Below are positions 27,915 to 39,455 of a stretch of DNA of 60,861 nucleotides, piece after piece (the first letter of the stretch is position 1; each line of letters starts with the position of its first letter). Both the position numbers and the translations under genes were made by a program. This stretch comes from Myxococcales bacterium (GTDB lineage: Bacteria; Myxococcota_A; UBA9042; JABWCM01; BTVJ01). Location of the stretch: NCBI GenBank assembly GCA_045863395.1, contig BTVJ01000046.1, positions 1 to 60,861 of the forward strand, given 5' to 3'. The notes beneath the pieces are model-generated. The model was not told the DNA's origin. It saw only the letters and a program-made list of their open reading frames with translations, and ran no database searches.

Positions 27915-28008
27915 TTCGCTGTAATTACAACGTAATTCAATTTTGACGGAAACCATCGGGAGGCGGGGACGACGCGGGCCCCGCCCGATGAGCAAGCGCA
28001 ATCGGGCA

Positions 28009-28037
28009 TTGACAGGGGCCGGCCGGCCCCCGATGAT
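28009..28037 (+). promoter_or_regulatory. Sigma70-type ssb promoter with palindromic spacer
   Basis: TTGACA-17 nt-GATGAT; spacer contains GGGGCCGGCCGGCCCC. Confidence 0.55.
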
Positions 28038-28075
28038 TCACCCCATTCTTGGGCGCGCGAGCGCGAGGGAGCACC

Positions 28076-28759
28076 ATGAGCAGCGTCAACAAGGCGATCA
28101 TCATTGGCCATCTGGGCCAGGACCCGGACGTCCGGTACACCCAGGGCGGTCAGACCGTCGCCAACTTCAGCCTGGCGACCAACGAGTACTGGAAGGACAA
28201 GGACGGCAACAAGCAGGAGAGGACGGAGTGGCACCGCATCGTGGTGTGGGGACACACCGCCGAGCTGTGCAAGCAGTACCTCTCGAAGGGGCGCCAGGTC
28301 TACATCGAGGGTCGGCTCCAGACGCGCCAGTGGCAGGACAAGGACGGCAACACCAAGTACACCACGGAGATCGTGGCGGACCAGGTGACCTTCCTGGGCG
28401 GCGGTGGCGGTGGAGAGCGGGGCGGACAGGGCGGCCAGGGCGGCGGCTGGGGCGGCCAGGGCGGCGGCGGACAGGGCGGCGGCTGGGGCGGCCAGGGCGG
28501 CGGCGGACAGGGCGGCGGCTGGGGCAACCAGGGCGGCGGCGGCCAGGGCGGCGGCGGCCAGGGCGGCGGCTGGGGCAACCAGGGCGGCGGCGGACAGGGC
28601 GGACAGGGCGGCTGGTCGGGGCGCGGCGGACAGGGCGGCGGACGCGGGCCCCAGGGCCCCCAGGGCGGCCCCTCCGGCCCCCAGGGTGGCCCCCCCAGCG
28701 ACGCACCGCCCCCCTCGGAGGGTGGTGGCGGCTTCAGCGACGACGACATCCCGTTCTAG
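28076..28759 (+). CDS. ssb: Single-stranded DNA-binding protein
   Basis: [36 protein letters not shown], acidic tip DDDIPF. Confidence 0.97.
   Translation: MSSVNKAIIIGHLGQDPDVRYTQGGQTVANFSLATNEYWKDKDGNKQERTEWHRIVVWGHTAELCKQYLSKGRQVYIEGRLQTRQWQDKDGNTKYTTEIVADQVTFLGGGGGGERGGQGGQGGGWGGQGGGGQGGGWGGQGGGGQGGGWGNQGGGGQGGGGQGGGWGNQGGGGQGGQGGWSGRGGQGGGRGPQGPQGGPSGPQGGPPSDAPPPSEGGGGFSDDDIPF
28420..28620 (+). repeat. 36-nt tandem repeats encoding [10 protein letters not shown](G/N)Q in the SSB linker
   Basis: Repeated ggcggcggcggacagggcggcggctggggc units. Confidence 0.85.
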
Positions 28760-28762
28760 CGC

Positions 28763-31345
28763 GTGAGCGGCCCCTCCCGTAGAGCGACGCGGTTCGCCCT
28801 CGCCCTGCTCCTCGCCGCGCTGATCGGCGCGTGCGAGGCACCCGACGAAGGCTCTCCCACCTTCATCCAGGGCACACCGGACACCGGTGTCGGGGCTCCC
28901 GACGCCGGGCCCGGGGCCACACCCGCCGGCCCGGGCGGCAAGCCGGGCGGACCGTCGGGCAACCACCCACCCAACCTCTACAAGATCGGCCCGAAGGAGG
29001 TCGCCGTCGGCGAGACCCTGGTCATCACGCTGAAGGCCAACGACCCGGACGGCGACCCCCTCTCCTTCTCGGTCTTCGGCGACCTCCCCGACGGCGCCAA
29101 GTTCTCCAAGGCGAGCCGCCAGCTCGTCTGGACTCCGGCGCAGGCGGGCCTCGTCACCTTCCTGACCTTCGTGGTCTCCGACGGCGAGCTGTTCGACCGG
29201 GAGACCGTCGAGCTGCGGTCCGTCATGGAGAAGTCGAACCACCCGCCGGCGTTCGAGCCCGTCTCCGACCAGGTGCTCACCGTGGGCGTGCCCTTCACCT
29301 TGAACCTCCAGGCCAGCGACGTGGACGGCGACACGATCACGTTCTCCATGGACGGTGACGTCCCGCCCGGCGCGACACTGGACGACGACGTCTTCGCATG
29401 GACGCCGGCCCAGGAGCACGACGGAGGCACCTGGCGGGTCCACTTCGTGGCGTCGGACGGGCACTCCGAGACGGGCCTGGACGTGGGCCTGGTCGTCGGG
29501 GCGGCGGCGGCGGGCTCCCCGCCAGCCTTCGCGAAGCTCCCGGCCCAGAAGGCGGAGGTCGGCGTCACGCTCCAGTTCGAGGTCGAGGCCACGGACCCGG
29601 ACGGCGACACCCTCACCTACTCCACCAAGGGCGAGCTGCCGGCGGGCGCCTCCTTCAAGCCGTCCATCCGCCTGTTCTCGTGGAAGCCGGCCGCCGCCGA
29701 CGCGGGCAAGGCCTACACCGTGACCTTCCAGGCGACGGACGGGACCTATGTGGCCGTGATGGCCGTGGATCTTCAGGTGGGCGCTGTCGGGTCGAGCGGC
29801 TGCGCGCCGGACAAGCTCGAGCCCAACGACACCTCGGCCAAGGCAGCCCCCATCAGCGCGGGCAAGCACGCGCTGACCCTGTGCGACGTCGCTGCCCCGG
29901 ACGTGGACTGGTTCTCCGTAGAGCTGGCCGCCGGCCAGAAGCTGAGCGCGACGGTGACCTTCGACGCCTCCGCTGGCGACCTGGACGTGGACCTCTACGA
30001 TGGCCAGGACGGCACCCTGCTCACGCAAAGCACGGGGGTCGGCAGCACCGAGGCCGTCACGCTGACCAGCCAGACCCCGCGCAAGCTGCTGCTGGTGGTG
30101 TACGGCGTCGGGCAGGAGTCGTTCAAGCTGCCGTACACACTCGACCTCCAGCTCTCCTCGTCCGCCGGCTGCACCAACGACGGCTACGAGCCCAACGACG
30201 ACGCCAGCAGCGCCGCACCGCTCCCCGGCGGGGGCACGAGCGCGCACATCTGCCCGAACGACATCGACGTCTGGAAGCTCTCGCTGGGGTGCGGCGACTC
30301 CCTCACCGCGACGCTCTCCGGCTTCAGCGGCGACCTGGACCTGTACCTGTTCGACCCGCTGAGCCTCGGCGAGCCCATCGCCCAGGCGGTGACCGCCCAG
30401 CCCACCGAGGTGATCACCGCGCCGGCGGTCTCGGCGCCGGTCCAGCGGCTCCTGGCGGTCACCGGCTACCCCCCGGAGACCACCAGCTCCGCGTACACCC
30501 TGACGGTCACGACCAAGGCGGCGGCCTGCGCCAAGGACTTCGCGGAGCCCAACGACTCCCAGGCGCAGGCGTCGCCACTGCTCCCGGGCGACGATCTCAC
30601 CGGCCTGACGCTCTGCTGCGACGAAGACTGGTACTCCCTCGACCTGGCCGCCGAGCAGACCGTCCAGGTGGCGCTCGACGTAGCGGGGGCGGCGCTCGCC
30701 GAGCTGCGAGCCGGGGGCGCCGTCCAGGCGTCGAAGTCCATTGTGGGCACGGGCACCTTGAGCTGGAAGGCCAGCGCCAAGACGACGGTCTTCATCCGCG
30801 TGGCGGCGGGCACTCCGGGGAGCACCTACGGCCTCAAGGTGTCGGTCTCGGGCGGCGCTGCCGGCTGCACATCCAAGTCCTGCCCCAAGTACAAGGTCTG
30901 CAACGGGGCGACGGGCGCCTGCGTGTCGGACTACTGCTCCACGGACAAGGACTGCCCTGCCGGCCACGCCTGCGTGGACACGTACTGCTCGGAGCCCTGC
31001 GCCAAGAAGACCGACTGCCGGACCGGCTACGACTGCAAGGGGACCCCCGTCGGGTGGGTGTGCGGCATCGACGGCAAGGGCCAGACGGCGGCTCCCTGCG
31101 TCTACCTGGCGGACTGCGCCGGGCCCCGTGCCTGCATCATGCAGGACTACGGCGGCTACTGCGCCCAGGTAGGCTGCCAGAGCTACAAGGACTGCCCTGC
31201 GGACGCGGACTGCGCGGACGCCCCTGTGGGCAAGACGCCGGTGTGTGCGCGCTGGTGCTTCTCTGCGGGGGACTGCCCGCCTCACACCACGTGCACCCCC
31301 TGGAACGACGCCGCCGGAGGCGACCTGGACGTCTGCCTGCCCTGA
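28763..31345 (+). CDS. Surface lipoprotein with three Ig/cadherin-like domains, PPC-like domains and a Cys-rich tail
   Basis: Lipobox IGAC; ANDPDGDPL, ASDVDGDTI, ATDPDGDTL; three EPND motifs; DLDVDLY; C-terminal Cys repeats. Confidence 0.85.
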   Translation: MSGPSRRATRFALALLLAALIGACEAPDEGSPTFIQGTPDTGVGAPDAGPGATPAGPGGKPGGPSGNHPPNLYKIGPKEVAVGETLVITLKANDPDGDPLSFSVFGDLPDGAKFSKASRQLVWTPAQAGLVTFLTFVVSDGELFDRETVELRSVMEKSNHPPAFEPVSDQVLTVGVPFTLNLQASDVDGDTITFSMDGDVPPGATLDDDVFAWTPAQEHDGGTWRVHFVASDGHSETGLDVGLVVGAAAAGSPPAFAKLPAQKAEVGVTLQFEVEATDPDGDTLTYSTKGELPAGASFKPSIRLFSWKPAAADAGKAYTVTFQATDGTYVAVMAVDLQVGAVGSSGCAPDKLEPNDTSAKAAPISAGKHALTLCDVAAPDVDWFSVELAAGQKLSATVTFDASAGDLDVDLYDGQDGTLLTQSTGVGSTEAVTLTSQTPRKLLLVVYGVGQESFKLPYTLDLQLSSSAGCTNDGYEPNDDASSAAPLPGGGTSAHICPNDIDVWKLSLGCGDSLTATLSGFSGDLDLYLFDPLSLGEPIAQAVTAQPTEVITAPAVSAPVQRLLAVTGYPPETTSSAYTLTVTTKAAACAKDFAEPNDSQAQASPLLPGDDLTGLTLCCDEDWYSLDLAAEQTVQVALDVAGAALAELRAGGAVQASKSIVGTGTLSWKASAKTTVFIRVAAGTPGSTYGLKVSVSGGAAGCTSKSCPKYKVCNGATGACVSDYCSTDKDCPAGHACVDTYCSEPCAKKTDCRTGYDCKGTPVGWVCGIDGKGQTAAPCVYLADCAGPRACIMQDYGGYCAQVGCQSYKDCPADADCADAPVGKTPVCARWCFSAGDCPPHTTCTPWNDAAGGDLDVCLP

Positions 31346-31400
31346 CGGCCAGTGGACGTGCAGCCCGCTCCTGCCGCATACTCCCTGCGGCGGTAAGACC

Positions 31401-32411
31401 ATGACCGAGAACCTGAAGAAAGACCACCAGCGCATCCGTGAGGCAAGGGACCCCCTCGTCGGCAAGTACGTCGACGGGGAGTTCCTCATCCTCAACTGGA
31501 TTGGCAAGGGAGCGTTCTCCAACGTGTACCGCGCCGCCCAGACCACCGTGAACGATCGCCAGGTGGCGCTCAAGATCATCCGCAAGGCGCAGAGCACCCA
31601 CGCGTCGGCCAAGTCGGGTCTGAGCGAGACCAACCCCTTCGAGCACGAGCTGCACATCAACCGCCTTCTGAAGCACGCGGCGGTCGTCCGGGTCATCAAG
31701 GCCGGGCGCACCCAGAACGGCCTCGACTACATCGCCATGGAGCTGGTGGAGGGCGACAACCTCGAATACTACCTGCGCAAGGCGGACCCGCTGTCGGTCA
31801 CCGACGTGGTCGACCTGGCGGACCAGCTCCTGGGCTTCGTCGGCGAGATGCACGAGGTGGGCTGCGTGCACTGCGACATCAAGCCGGACAACGTGATGTT
31901 CCGCCGCGCGCCGGGCGGGCACCTGCGGTTCAAGATCCTCGATCTGGGGCAGGCGCGGTACTTCAACGCGAAGGACAAGGATCGTGCCCAATTCCGGGGC
32001 AACGTGGTCGGCACCCCGGCCTTCATCGCGCCGGAGGTGGCGCTTGGGAGCCCACCGGACCCTCTGGCGGAGATCTACGCCTGCGGAGCGGTGCTCTACC
32101 AAGCGCTGACGGGGACGCGAGCGGTCCACATCGAGCGACAGACCGTCGAGGAGTACCTGGCCTACCTGCGGGACCCGGACGAGCCCATCCCCACGCACCC
32201 CATCGCGGACATCCGCCCGGACGTGCCCGAGGAGCTGGCAGAGATCATCGAGGCGGCGCTCAGCCGGCGCCGGGAGGACCGCCCCCAGAGCGCCGCAGAG
32301 ATGCGCGAGCGGATCCTCGAGATCGCGGAAGAGGGCGAGGTCGACGGGGACGACGACCCAGGTCTGGTGGATCGTGCGAAGGGGGCGTTCCGGCGACTGT
32401 TCGGGCGCTGA
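31401..32411 (+). CDS. Hanks-type Ser/Thr protein kinase
   Basis: IGKGAFSNVY, VALK, HCDIKPDN, DLG, GTPAFIAPE, RPQSA. Confidence 0.92.
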   Translation: MTENLKKDHQRIREARDPLVGKYVDGEFLILNWIGKGAFSNVYRAAQTTVNDRQVALKIIRKAQSTHASAKSGLSETNPFEHELHINRLLKHAAVVRVIKAGRTQNGLDYIAMELVEGDNLEYYLRKADPLSVTDVVDLADQLLGFVGEMHEVGCVHCDIKPDNVMFRRAPGGHLRFKILDLGQARYFNAKDKDRAQFRGNVVGTPAFIAPEVALGSPPDPLAEIYACGAVLYQALTGTRAVHIERQTVEEYLAYLRDPDEPIPTHPIADIRPDVPEELAEIIEAALSRRREDRPQSAAEMRERILEIAEEGEVDGDDDPGLVDRAKGAFRRLFGR

Positions 32412-32433
32412 GCCGCCCAGCGCACGGCCCTCC

Positions 32434-33816
32434 CTACCCGTCCAGCGCCTCGTCCTCGTCGGCGTGCCGCCCCACCAGGTCGTAGTCGCCTGCGCTGACG
32501 ATACGCACCGGCACCAGCGACCCCACCTCGAGCGGCGTGTCCCCAAGGCCCACACAGGTCACGCCGTCGACCTCCGGGGCCTGCCCGTGGAAGCGCCCCT
32601 CCATGACGAGCTCCGACTCCTCGGAGACGCCCTCGATGAGCACGTCCACGGTGCGGCCGATCCACGCCTCCTGGCGGCGCCGGCTGATGCCCTTCTGAAT
32701 CTCCATCAGGGTATGGTAGCGCTCCGCCTTGACCAGGGCCGACACCTGGCCCGGCTGGCGCAGGCTGCGGGTGCCCTCCTCCGGCGAGTAGCGGAACACG
32801 CCGACACGGTCGAGCTCCATCTCCTCCACGAAGCGGCACAGGGCAGCGAAGTGCTCGCCCGTCTCGCCCGGGTGGCCCACGATGAAGGTCGTCCGCAGGA
32901 CCATGTCGGGCACCGCGCGGAGCTTTCGCAGCAGCTCCCGGGTGATCGCCTCGGTGGTCCGCCGCTGCATGCGGGCGAGCATCTCGTCGTGGACGTGCTG
33001 GAGCGGGATGTCCACGTACTTGCAGATCTTGGGCTCCGTCGCGATCAGCTCGACCAGCTCGTCGGTGAAGGCGTGGGGGTAGCAGTAGAGGAGCCGGATC
33101 CACCGCAGCCCGTCCACCCCCGCGAGCGCCCGCAGCAGGCCCGCCAGGGTGGTCCCGTCCTTCAGGTCGTCGCCATAGTGGGTGAGGTCCTGGGCGATGA
33201 GGTTCAGCTCCAGGACGCCCTGCTCCGCGAGCTCGCGCGCCTCCGTGACGATGCTCGAGATCGGGCGGCTGCGCGCCTTGCCCCGGAGCTGCGGGATGAT
33301 GCAGAAGGTGCAGCGCTGCGAGCAGCCCTCGGCGATCTTGAGGTACGCGGTCCAGCGCGCGGTGGTCAGCACGCGGGGCGCCAGGTGGTCAGCCACGTAG
33401 TAGGGCTTCGCGACGGCGACCGCCGGCTCGCCGCCTCGCAGCAGCTCCCCGATGCGCTGGTACTCGCCCGTGCCGACGAAGAGGTCCACCTCGGGCAGCT
33501 CCTCGCGGAGCTGGTCCGGGTAGCGCTGCGCCAGGCAGCCGGCGACCACGAGCTTCCGGTCCCCCTTGCCCTCCGCCAGCTCGCAGATCACGTCGATGGA
33601 CTCGGCTCGCGCGTCCTCCACGAAGCTGCACGTGTTGACGACGAGCACGTCGGCGTCGTCGGCGGACTGCACCACGCGGTAGCCCTCGCCGGCGAGGGTG
33701 CCGAGCATGACCTCCGAGTCAACGCGGTTCTTCGGGCACCCAAGGGAGACGAAGTACAGGCGCTTCTCGCCGTCCTTCCCCGTCGGCGCGAGCGCCTCCT
33801 TCTGCAACAGGGACAT
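32434..33816 (-). CDS. rimO: Ribosomal protein S12 methylthiotransferase
   Basis: SLGCPKNRVDSE, NTCSF, AEGCSQRCTFC, APEVDG, TRAM domain. Confidence 0.95.
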   Translation of the reverse strand: MSLLQKEALAPTGKDGEKRLYFVSLGCPKNRVDSEVMLGTLAGEGYRVVQSADDADVLVVNTCSFVEDARAESIDVICELAEGKGDRKLVVAGCLAQRYPDQLREELPEVDLFVGTGEYQRIGELLRGGEPAVAVAKPYYVADHLAPRVLTTARWTAYLKIAEGCSQRCTFCIIPQLRGKARSRPISSIVTEARELAEQGVLELNLIAQDLTHYGDDLKDGTTLAGLLRALAGVDGLRWIRLLYCYPHAFTDELVELIATEPKICKYVDIPLQHVHDEMLARMQRRTTEAITRELLRKLRAVPDMVLRTTFIVGHPGETGEHFAALCRFVEEMELDRVGVFRYSPEEGTRSLRQPGQVSALVKAERYHTLMEIQKGISRRRQEAWIGRTVDVLIEGVSEESELVMEGRFHGQAPEVDGVTCVGLGDTPLEVGSLVPVRIVSAGDYDLVGRHADEDEALDG

Positions 33817-33818
33817 CC

Positions 33819-34481
33819 CTACTCCCGGAGCTGCGACAGGTCCTGGACCTTCACCTCGGGCCCCGGCTTCCAGTCGAACCACTCGGGGTTCTTGATGGGG
33901 GCGTAGGTCTGGTCCGAGAATGTGATGTGGCTCGTGTCGTCCGCCGGGTCGGTGAGCCACGACTCGCGGATCTCGAAGGTGGAGGCATCGACGAGCAGCG
34001 CGAGCTTCTTGTAGCCCTGCTCTCCGCTCCTGGGCAACAGCTCCAGGCGCACCATTCCGGCGCGGTCCGTCTTGCCAAGCTCGATGGTGAACTCGTCGCG
34101 CAGCTTGCCCGCCCCGAAGAGGAACTTCATGGTCGATGCCATGCGGCTGTTGCGGATGTCCCCCTTGAAGGCCGTGTTCTCCCGAGGCTCGTAGACCCAC
34201 AGGGTCTCGCCGTCGGTCACGTAGTAGACCGCCTCGGGGGTCTTGTAGTCCCAGCGCATCTTGCCGGGCTTCTGGAAGTACACCGTGCCGCCGCGCTCGA
34301 TGGCCGGCCCCGGCTTGTAGCGCTTCTTGACCTCCTGCTTGAACCCGGCCTTGAAGCTGTCGGTCTTCTCGTAGAAGGCCTGGACGCCGTCGACCACCTC
34401 GTCGAGGGTCGGCTCCGCCATCGCCGGAGCGGCAAGGAGGGTCAGCGCGAGGGTGAGCATCGCTCGTCTGAGAATCGCCAT
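33819..34481 (-). CDS. lolA: Outer-membrane lipoprotein carrier
   Basis: Signal peptide, FKQ, QKPGKMRWDY, TDGETLWVYEP; follows ftsK. Confidence 0.9.
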   Translation of the reverse strand: MAILRRAMLTLALTLLAAPAMAEPTLDEVVDGVQAFYEKTDSFKAGFKQEVKKRYKPGPAIERGGTVYFQKPGKMRWDYKTPEAVYYVTDGETLWVYEPRENTAFKGDIRNSRMASTMKFLFGAGKLRDEFTIELGKTDRAGMVRLELLPRSGEQGYKKLALLVDASTFEIRESWLTDPADDTSHITFSDQTYAPIKNPEWFDWKPGPEVKVQDLSQLRE

Positions 34482-34590
34482 GGGGACCTCGGGGGGTCAG
34501 GGGAGAGGGAGCTTACGCGCGAGCGCGGCAAAGTCAACGCCCGGGTCCGCTGGCCTATTCACACCGGGGGGCCTGTCGCGCGCCCTGGGT

Positions 34591-37236
34591 TCAGATGGGG
34601 TCGATGAGCACTTCGCGAGGGCCGGGACCGGTGGCAGCGGCCACGATTCCCTCTCGCTCCATGACCTCCACGATGCGGGCAGCCCGGTTGTAGCCGATCT
34701 TCAGGCGCCGCTGCAGGTAGCTGATGCTCGCCTGGCGGGTCTCCGCCACGATGGCGACCGCCTGGTCGTAGAACTCGTCGTACTCCTTGTCCTCTTCGGG
34801 CAGCGACTCGCCGCCCTCGTCCTTGAGGATGTCCATGCAGTACTGGGGCTTCGCCTGCGCCTTGATATGACTGGTGATCCGCGCGATCTCCTCCTCGCCC
34901 ACGTAGGCGCCGTGGCAGCGAATGAGCTTGGAGGAGCCCGGCGGCAGCAGGAGCATGTCGCCCTGGCCGAGCAGGTTCTCGGCGCCCTGGCGGTCGAGGA
35001 TGGTGCGCGAGTCGATCTTCGACGCTACCTGGAAGGAGATGCGCGTCGGGAAGTTCGCCTTGATGAGGCCCGTGATCACGTCGACGCTCGGGCGCTGGGT
35101 GGCGAGCACCATGTGGATGCCCGCCGCCCGCGCCATCTGGGCGAGCCGCGCGATGGAGGTCTCCACGTCCTTGCTCGCCACCATCATCAGGTCCGCCAGC
35201 TCGTCGATGATGATCACGATGTAGGGCAGCTTCTCCAGCGGCTCGTCGTCGTCCAGGGGCTCGGGCGGGCCAAAGTGGAGGTCGTCCTCGTCCTCCTCGC
35301 CTTCCTCGTCGAGGCGGATGCTCTCGTGCGCCCGCATCGCAAGCGCGGCCTCCTCGTGGGCCTTGATCTCGAGGAGCTTCTCGATCTTGAGGTTGAACCC
35401 CGCCACGTTGCGCACGCCGAGCGACGCCATGAGCTTGTAGCGACGCTCCATCTCGCCGACGGCCCACTTGAGCGCCACCGCCGCCTTCTTCGGGTCGGTG
35501 ACCACCGGCAGGAGCAGGTGCGGGATGCCCTCGTAGACGCTGAGCTCCAGCATCTTCGGGTCCACCATGATCAGCCGCACGTCCGCCGGGGTGGCCTTGT
35601 AGAGCAGCGAGCAGATGAAGCTGTTGATGGCCACGGACTTGCCGCTGCCCGTGGAGCCCGCGACCAGCAGGTGCGGCGCCTTGGCGAGGTCGAAGGTCGT
35701 CGGGTAGCCGACGATGTCCTTGCCGAGCGCCAGCATCAGCTTGCTCTTGGCGCGTTGGAAGGCGTCGTCGCTGAAGATCTCCTTCAGGTACACGATCTCG
35801 CGGGCCTTGTTGGGCACCTCGATGCCGACCACGTCCTTGCCGGGAATGGGCGCCACGATGCGGATGCGCATGGCGGCGAGCGCCATGGTCAGGTCGTCGG
35901 AGAGGTTGGCGATCTTGCTGATCTTCACTCCCGCCGCTGGCTTGAACTCGTACATGGTGATCACGGGGCCCGGGTGGATCTCCACCACCTTGCCCGTCAC
36001 GCCGAAGTCCAGGAGCTTCTGCTCCAGGATGCGCGCGTTGTCCTTCAGCACCTCGCGGGAGATGCCCTCGCCCTTCGGCGGCTCGTAGTCCAGGAAGGAG
36101 AGGGGCGGGAGCTGGTAGTCCTTGCTCGACGCGAAGTCGAAGACCTCCTGCTCGGCGCGCACCAGGTCGACCCGCGCCTTCTTCATGGCGCCGGACTCGA
36201 CGATCTTGGGCTCCGCCGACGGCTTGCCCTTCGCCACCGCCGTCTGGGGGCCCGCGGGCTCGGCGGGGCGCGGGGCCGGACGCGCGACGGGGGTCTCGGC
36301 AGCCTCGCGGGTCTCGGGCACAGGCTCAGGGGCCACTTCCTTCACCACCGGCTCTGCCTCCTGAGCCGGCTTGCGGCGCGCCTTCGCCTCCTTCGCCTCG
36401 CTCGGGGGCGCCGACACCTCCGTCTTCGCCGCCGCGCTCTCGGCCCAGGCGGCCTCCCGATCCGTGCGCTCCGCCTCGCGCTGGAGCCGCACGGCCTCCT
36501 TGCGGGCCTCCCTCCGCTGGCGGCGCTCGTCCAGGGCCTCGCGCACCTCCTCCCACCACTCGACGGCACCGGCCCGCGCCCGCCCGTAGAGCCACGTCCC
36601 CGCGGCAGCCCCCTTGCGGGCAACGAAGCGGAACGGCGAGAGCAGCGAGCGCCCGGTGAGCAGCATGATGGCGATGGCCGCGGACGTGGACGCCACGATG
36701 ACGCTGCCCACGTCGGAGACCAGCGCCCGCAGCCCCTCTCCGAGCAGCATCCCGACGAGTCCCCCCGCCCGATGATCGAGGACCCTGTGCCCGTCCGTGG
36801 CCATGTGCAGGAGCACCGCGGCGGAGGTGAGCAACATGAGCCACAGCCCGGTCTGGCGAAGGGTCAGGGTGGGCCGCCAGCCGACCAGCACGCAGCCGCC
36901 GACGGCCATGAAGGCGCCCGAGACGGCGAAGGCGCCGACGCCGAACACCTTGAGGAAGAGGCTCGCCAGGTGGGCGCCGACGGGGCCTATCCAGTTGGAG
37001 AGGGAGCCCCGCCGCTCGGGATCCAGATCGGTGGCGTCGAAGGACGCCAGGCTCAGGAGCAGGATCACCGCGAAGACCACGACGATGATGCCGTAGACCT
37101 CCACGCGGATCCGCTCCGTCACGGGCGCCCCGCGCGCCGGGGCCTTCGCAGGGCGAGGGCTCTCGGCCCGACGCCCCTTCTGCGCGGCCCGGGTGGGCTC
37201 CGCGGTCGCTGCTTGTGTTCGTGTCGCCATGCTCAT
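34591..37236 (-). CDS. ftsK: DNA translocase FtsK
   Basis: N-terminal TMs, PHLLVAGSTGSGKS, IIDELADLM, ATQRPSVDVITG, gamma domain LQRRLKIGYNRAAR. Confidence 0.96.
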   Translation of the reverse strand: MSMATRTQAATAEPTRAAQKGRRAESPRPAKAPARGAPVTERIRVEVYGIIVVVFAVILLLSLASFDATDLDPERRGSLSNWIGPVGAHLASLFLKVFGVGAFAVSGAFMAVGGCVLVGWRPTLTLRQTGLWLMLLTSAAVLLHMATDGHRVLDHRAGGLVGMLLGEGLRALVSDVGSVIVASTSAAIAIMLLTGRSLLSPFRFVARKGAAAGTWLYGRARAGAVEWWEEVREALDERRQRREARKEAVRLQREAERTDREAAWAESAAAKTEVSAPPSEAKEAKARRKPAQEAEPVVKEVAPEPVPETREAAETPVARPAPRPAEPAGPQTAVAKGKPSAEPKIVESGAMKKARVDLVRAEQEVFDFASSKDYQLPPLSFLDYEPPKGEGISREVLKDNARILEQKLLDFGVTGKVVEIHPGPVITMYEFKPAAGVKISKIANLSDDLTMALAAMRIRIVAPIPGKDVVGIEVPNKAREIVYLKEIFSDDAFQRAKSKLMLALGKDIVGYPTTFDLAKAPHLLVAGSTGSGKSVAINSFICSLLYKATPADVRLIMVDPKMLELSVYEGIPHLLLPVVTDPKKAAVALKWAVGEMERRYKLMASLGVRNVAGFNLKIEKLLEIKAHEEAALAMRAHESIRLDEEGEEDEDDLHFGPPEPLDDDEPLEKLPYIVIIIDELADLMMVASKDVETSIARLAQMARAAGIHMVLATQRPSVDVITGLIKANFPTRISFQVASKIDSRTILDRQGAENLLGQGDMLLLPPGSSKLIRCHGAYVGEEEIARITSHIKAQAKPQYCMDILKDEGGESLPEEDKEYDEFYDQAVAIVAETRQASISYLQRRLKIGYNRAARIVEVMEREGIVAAATGPGPREVLIDPI

Positions 37237-37363
37237 CCCGCCGTGCTGATGGTCGCAGCAGGGCGTGTCACCGTAGCATGGGGTCCCGAGGGGGGCAAAA
37301 AAACAGGCCGCGCGACGTGAAACTGTACGGAAGTTCAGGATACCAATGAGCGACGGCCCGCCC

Positions 37364-39094
<1,731 letters not shown>

Positions 39095-39150
39095 TTAGGA
39101 GGGCACCCGTCCGACGCTGCGTCGGGGGCAACGGGCGCCGGGGACGTGGG

Positions 39151-39348
39151 CTACAGAGTGCGCATCAACGCGTGGATCTGGTCCTTGTACTGGAGCTTGA
39201 GCTTCTTGATCCGTTTGAGCTCAACCTGTTCATGGGTGGTCAGGTACACGTGCAGGTTGAGCTCGTCCAGGCGCTTCTCCAGCGCTTCGTGCTCCGTGCG
39301 GAGCCTGCGGATCTCGTCTCGTGCGTCCAGCATCCCGGCGTCGTGCAT
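39151..39348 (-). CDS. DUF465/YdcH-family small coiled-coil protein
   Basis: EHEALEKRL..LKRIKKLKLQYKDQI pattern; GGAG RBS. Confidence 0.8.
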   Translation of the reverse strand: MHDAGMLDARDEIRRLRTEHEALEKRLDELNLHVYLTTHEQVELKRIKKLKLQYKDQIHALMRTL

Positions 39349-39455
39349 CGAACTCTCCGTGCGTCGCCCCGCGCGGCAGCGTCGGGGGCAGCGGTGCACC
39401 CCTGGATAGGGGGTACACGAAACACGCGCGAAGATGCCAGAAGGGGGCGCCCCCG

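Noticed and set aside
27908..27945. AT-rich patch as a dif (XerCD) site, given the nearby ftsK
   Set aside because: It lacks the 11-6-11 arrangement and the TTATGTTAAAT-like XerD arm.
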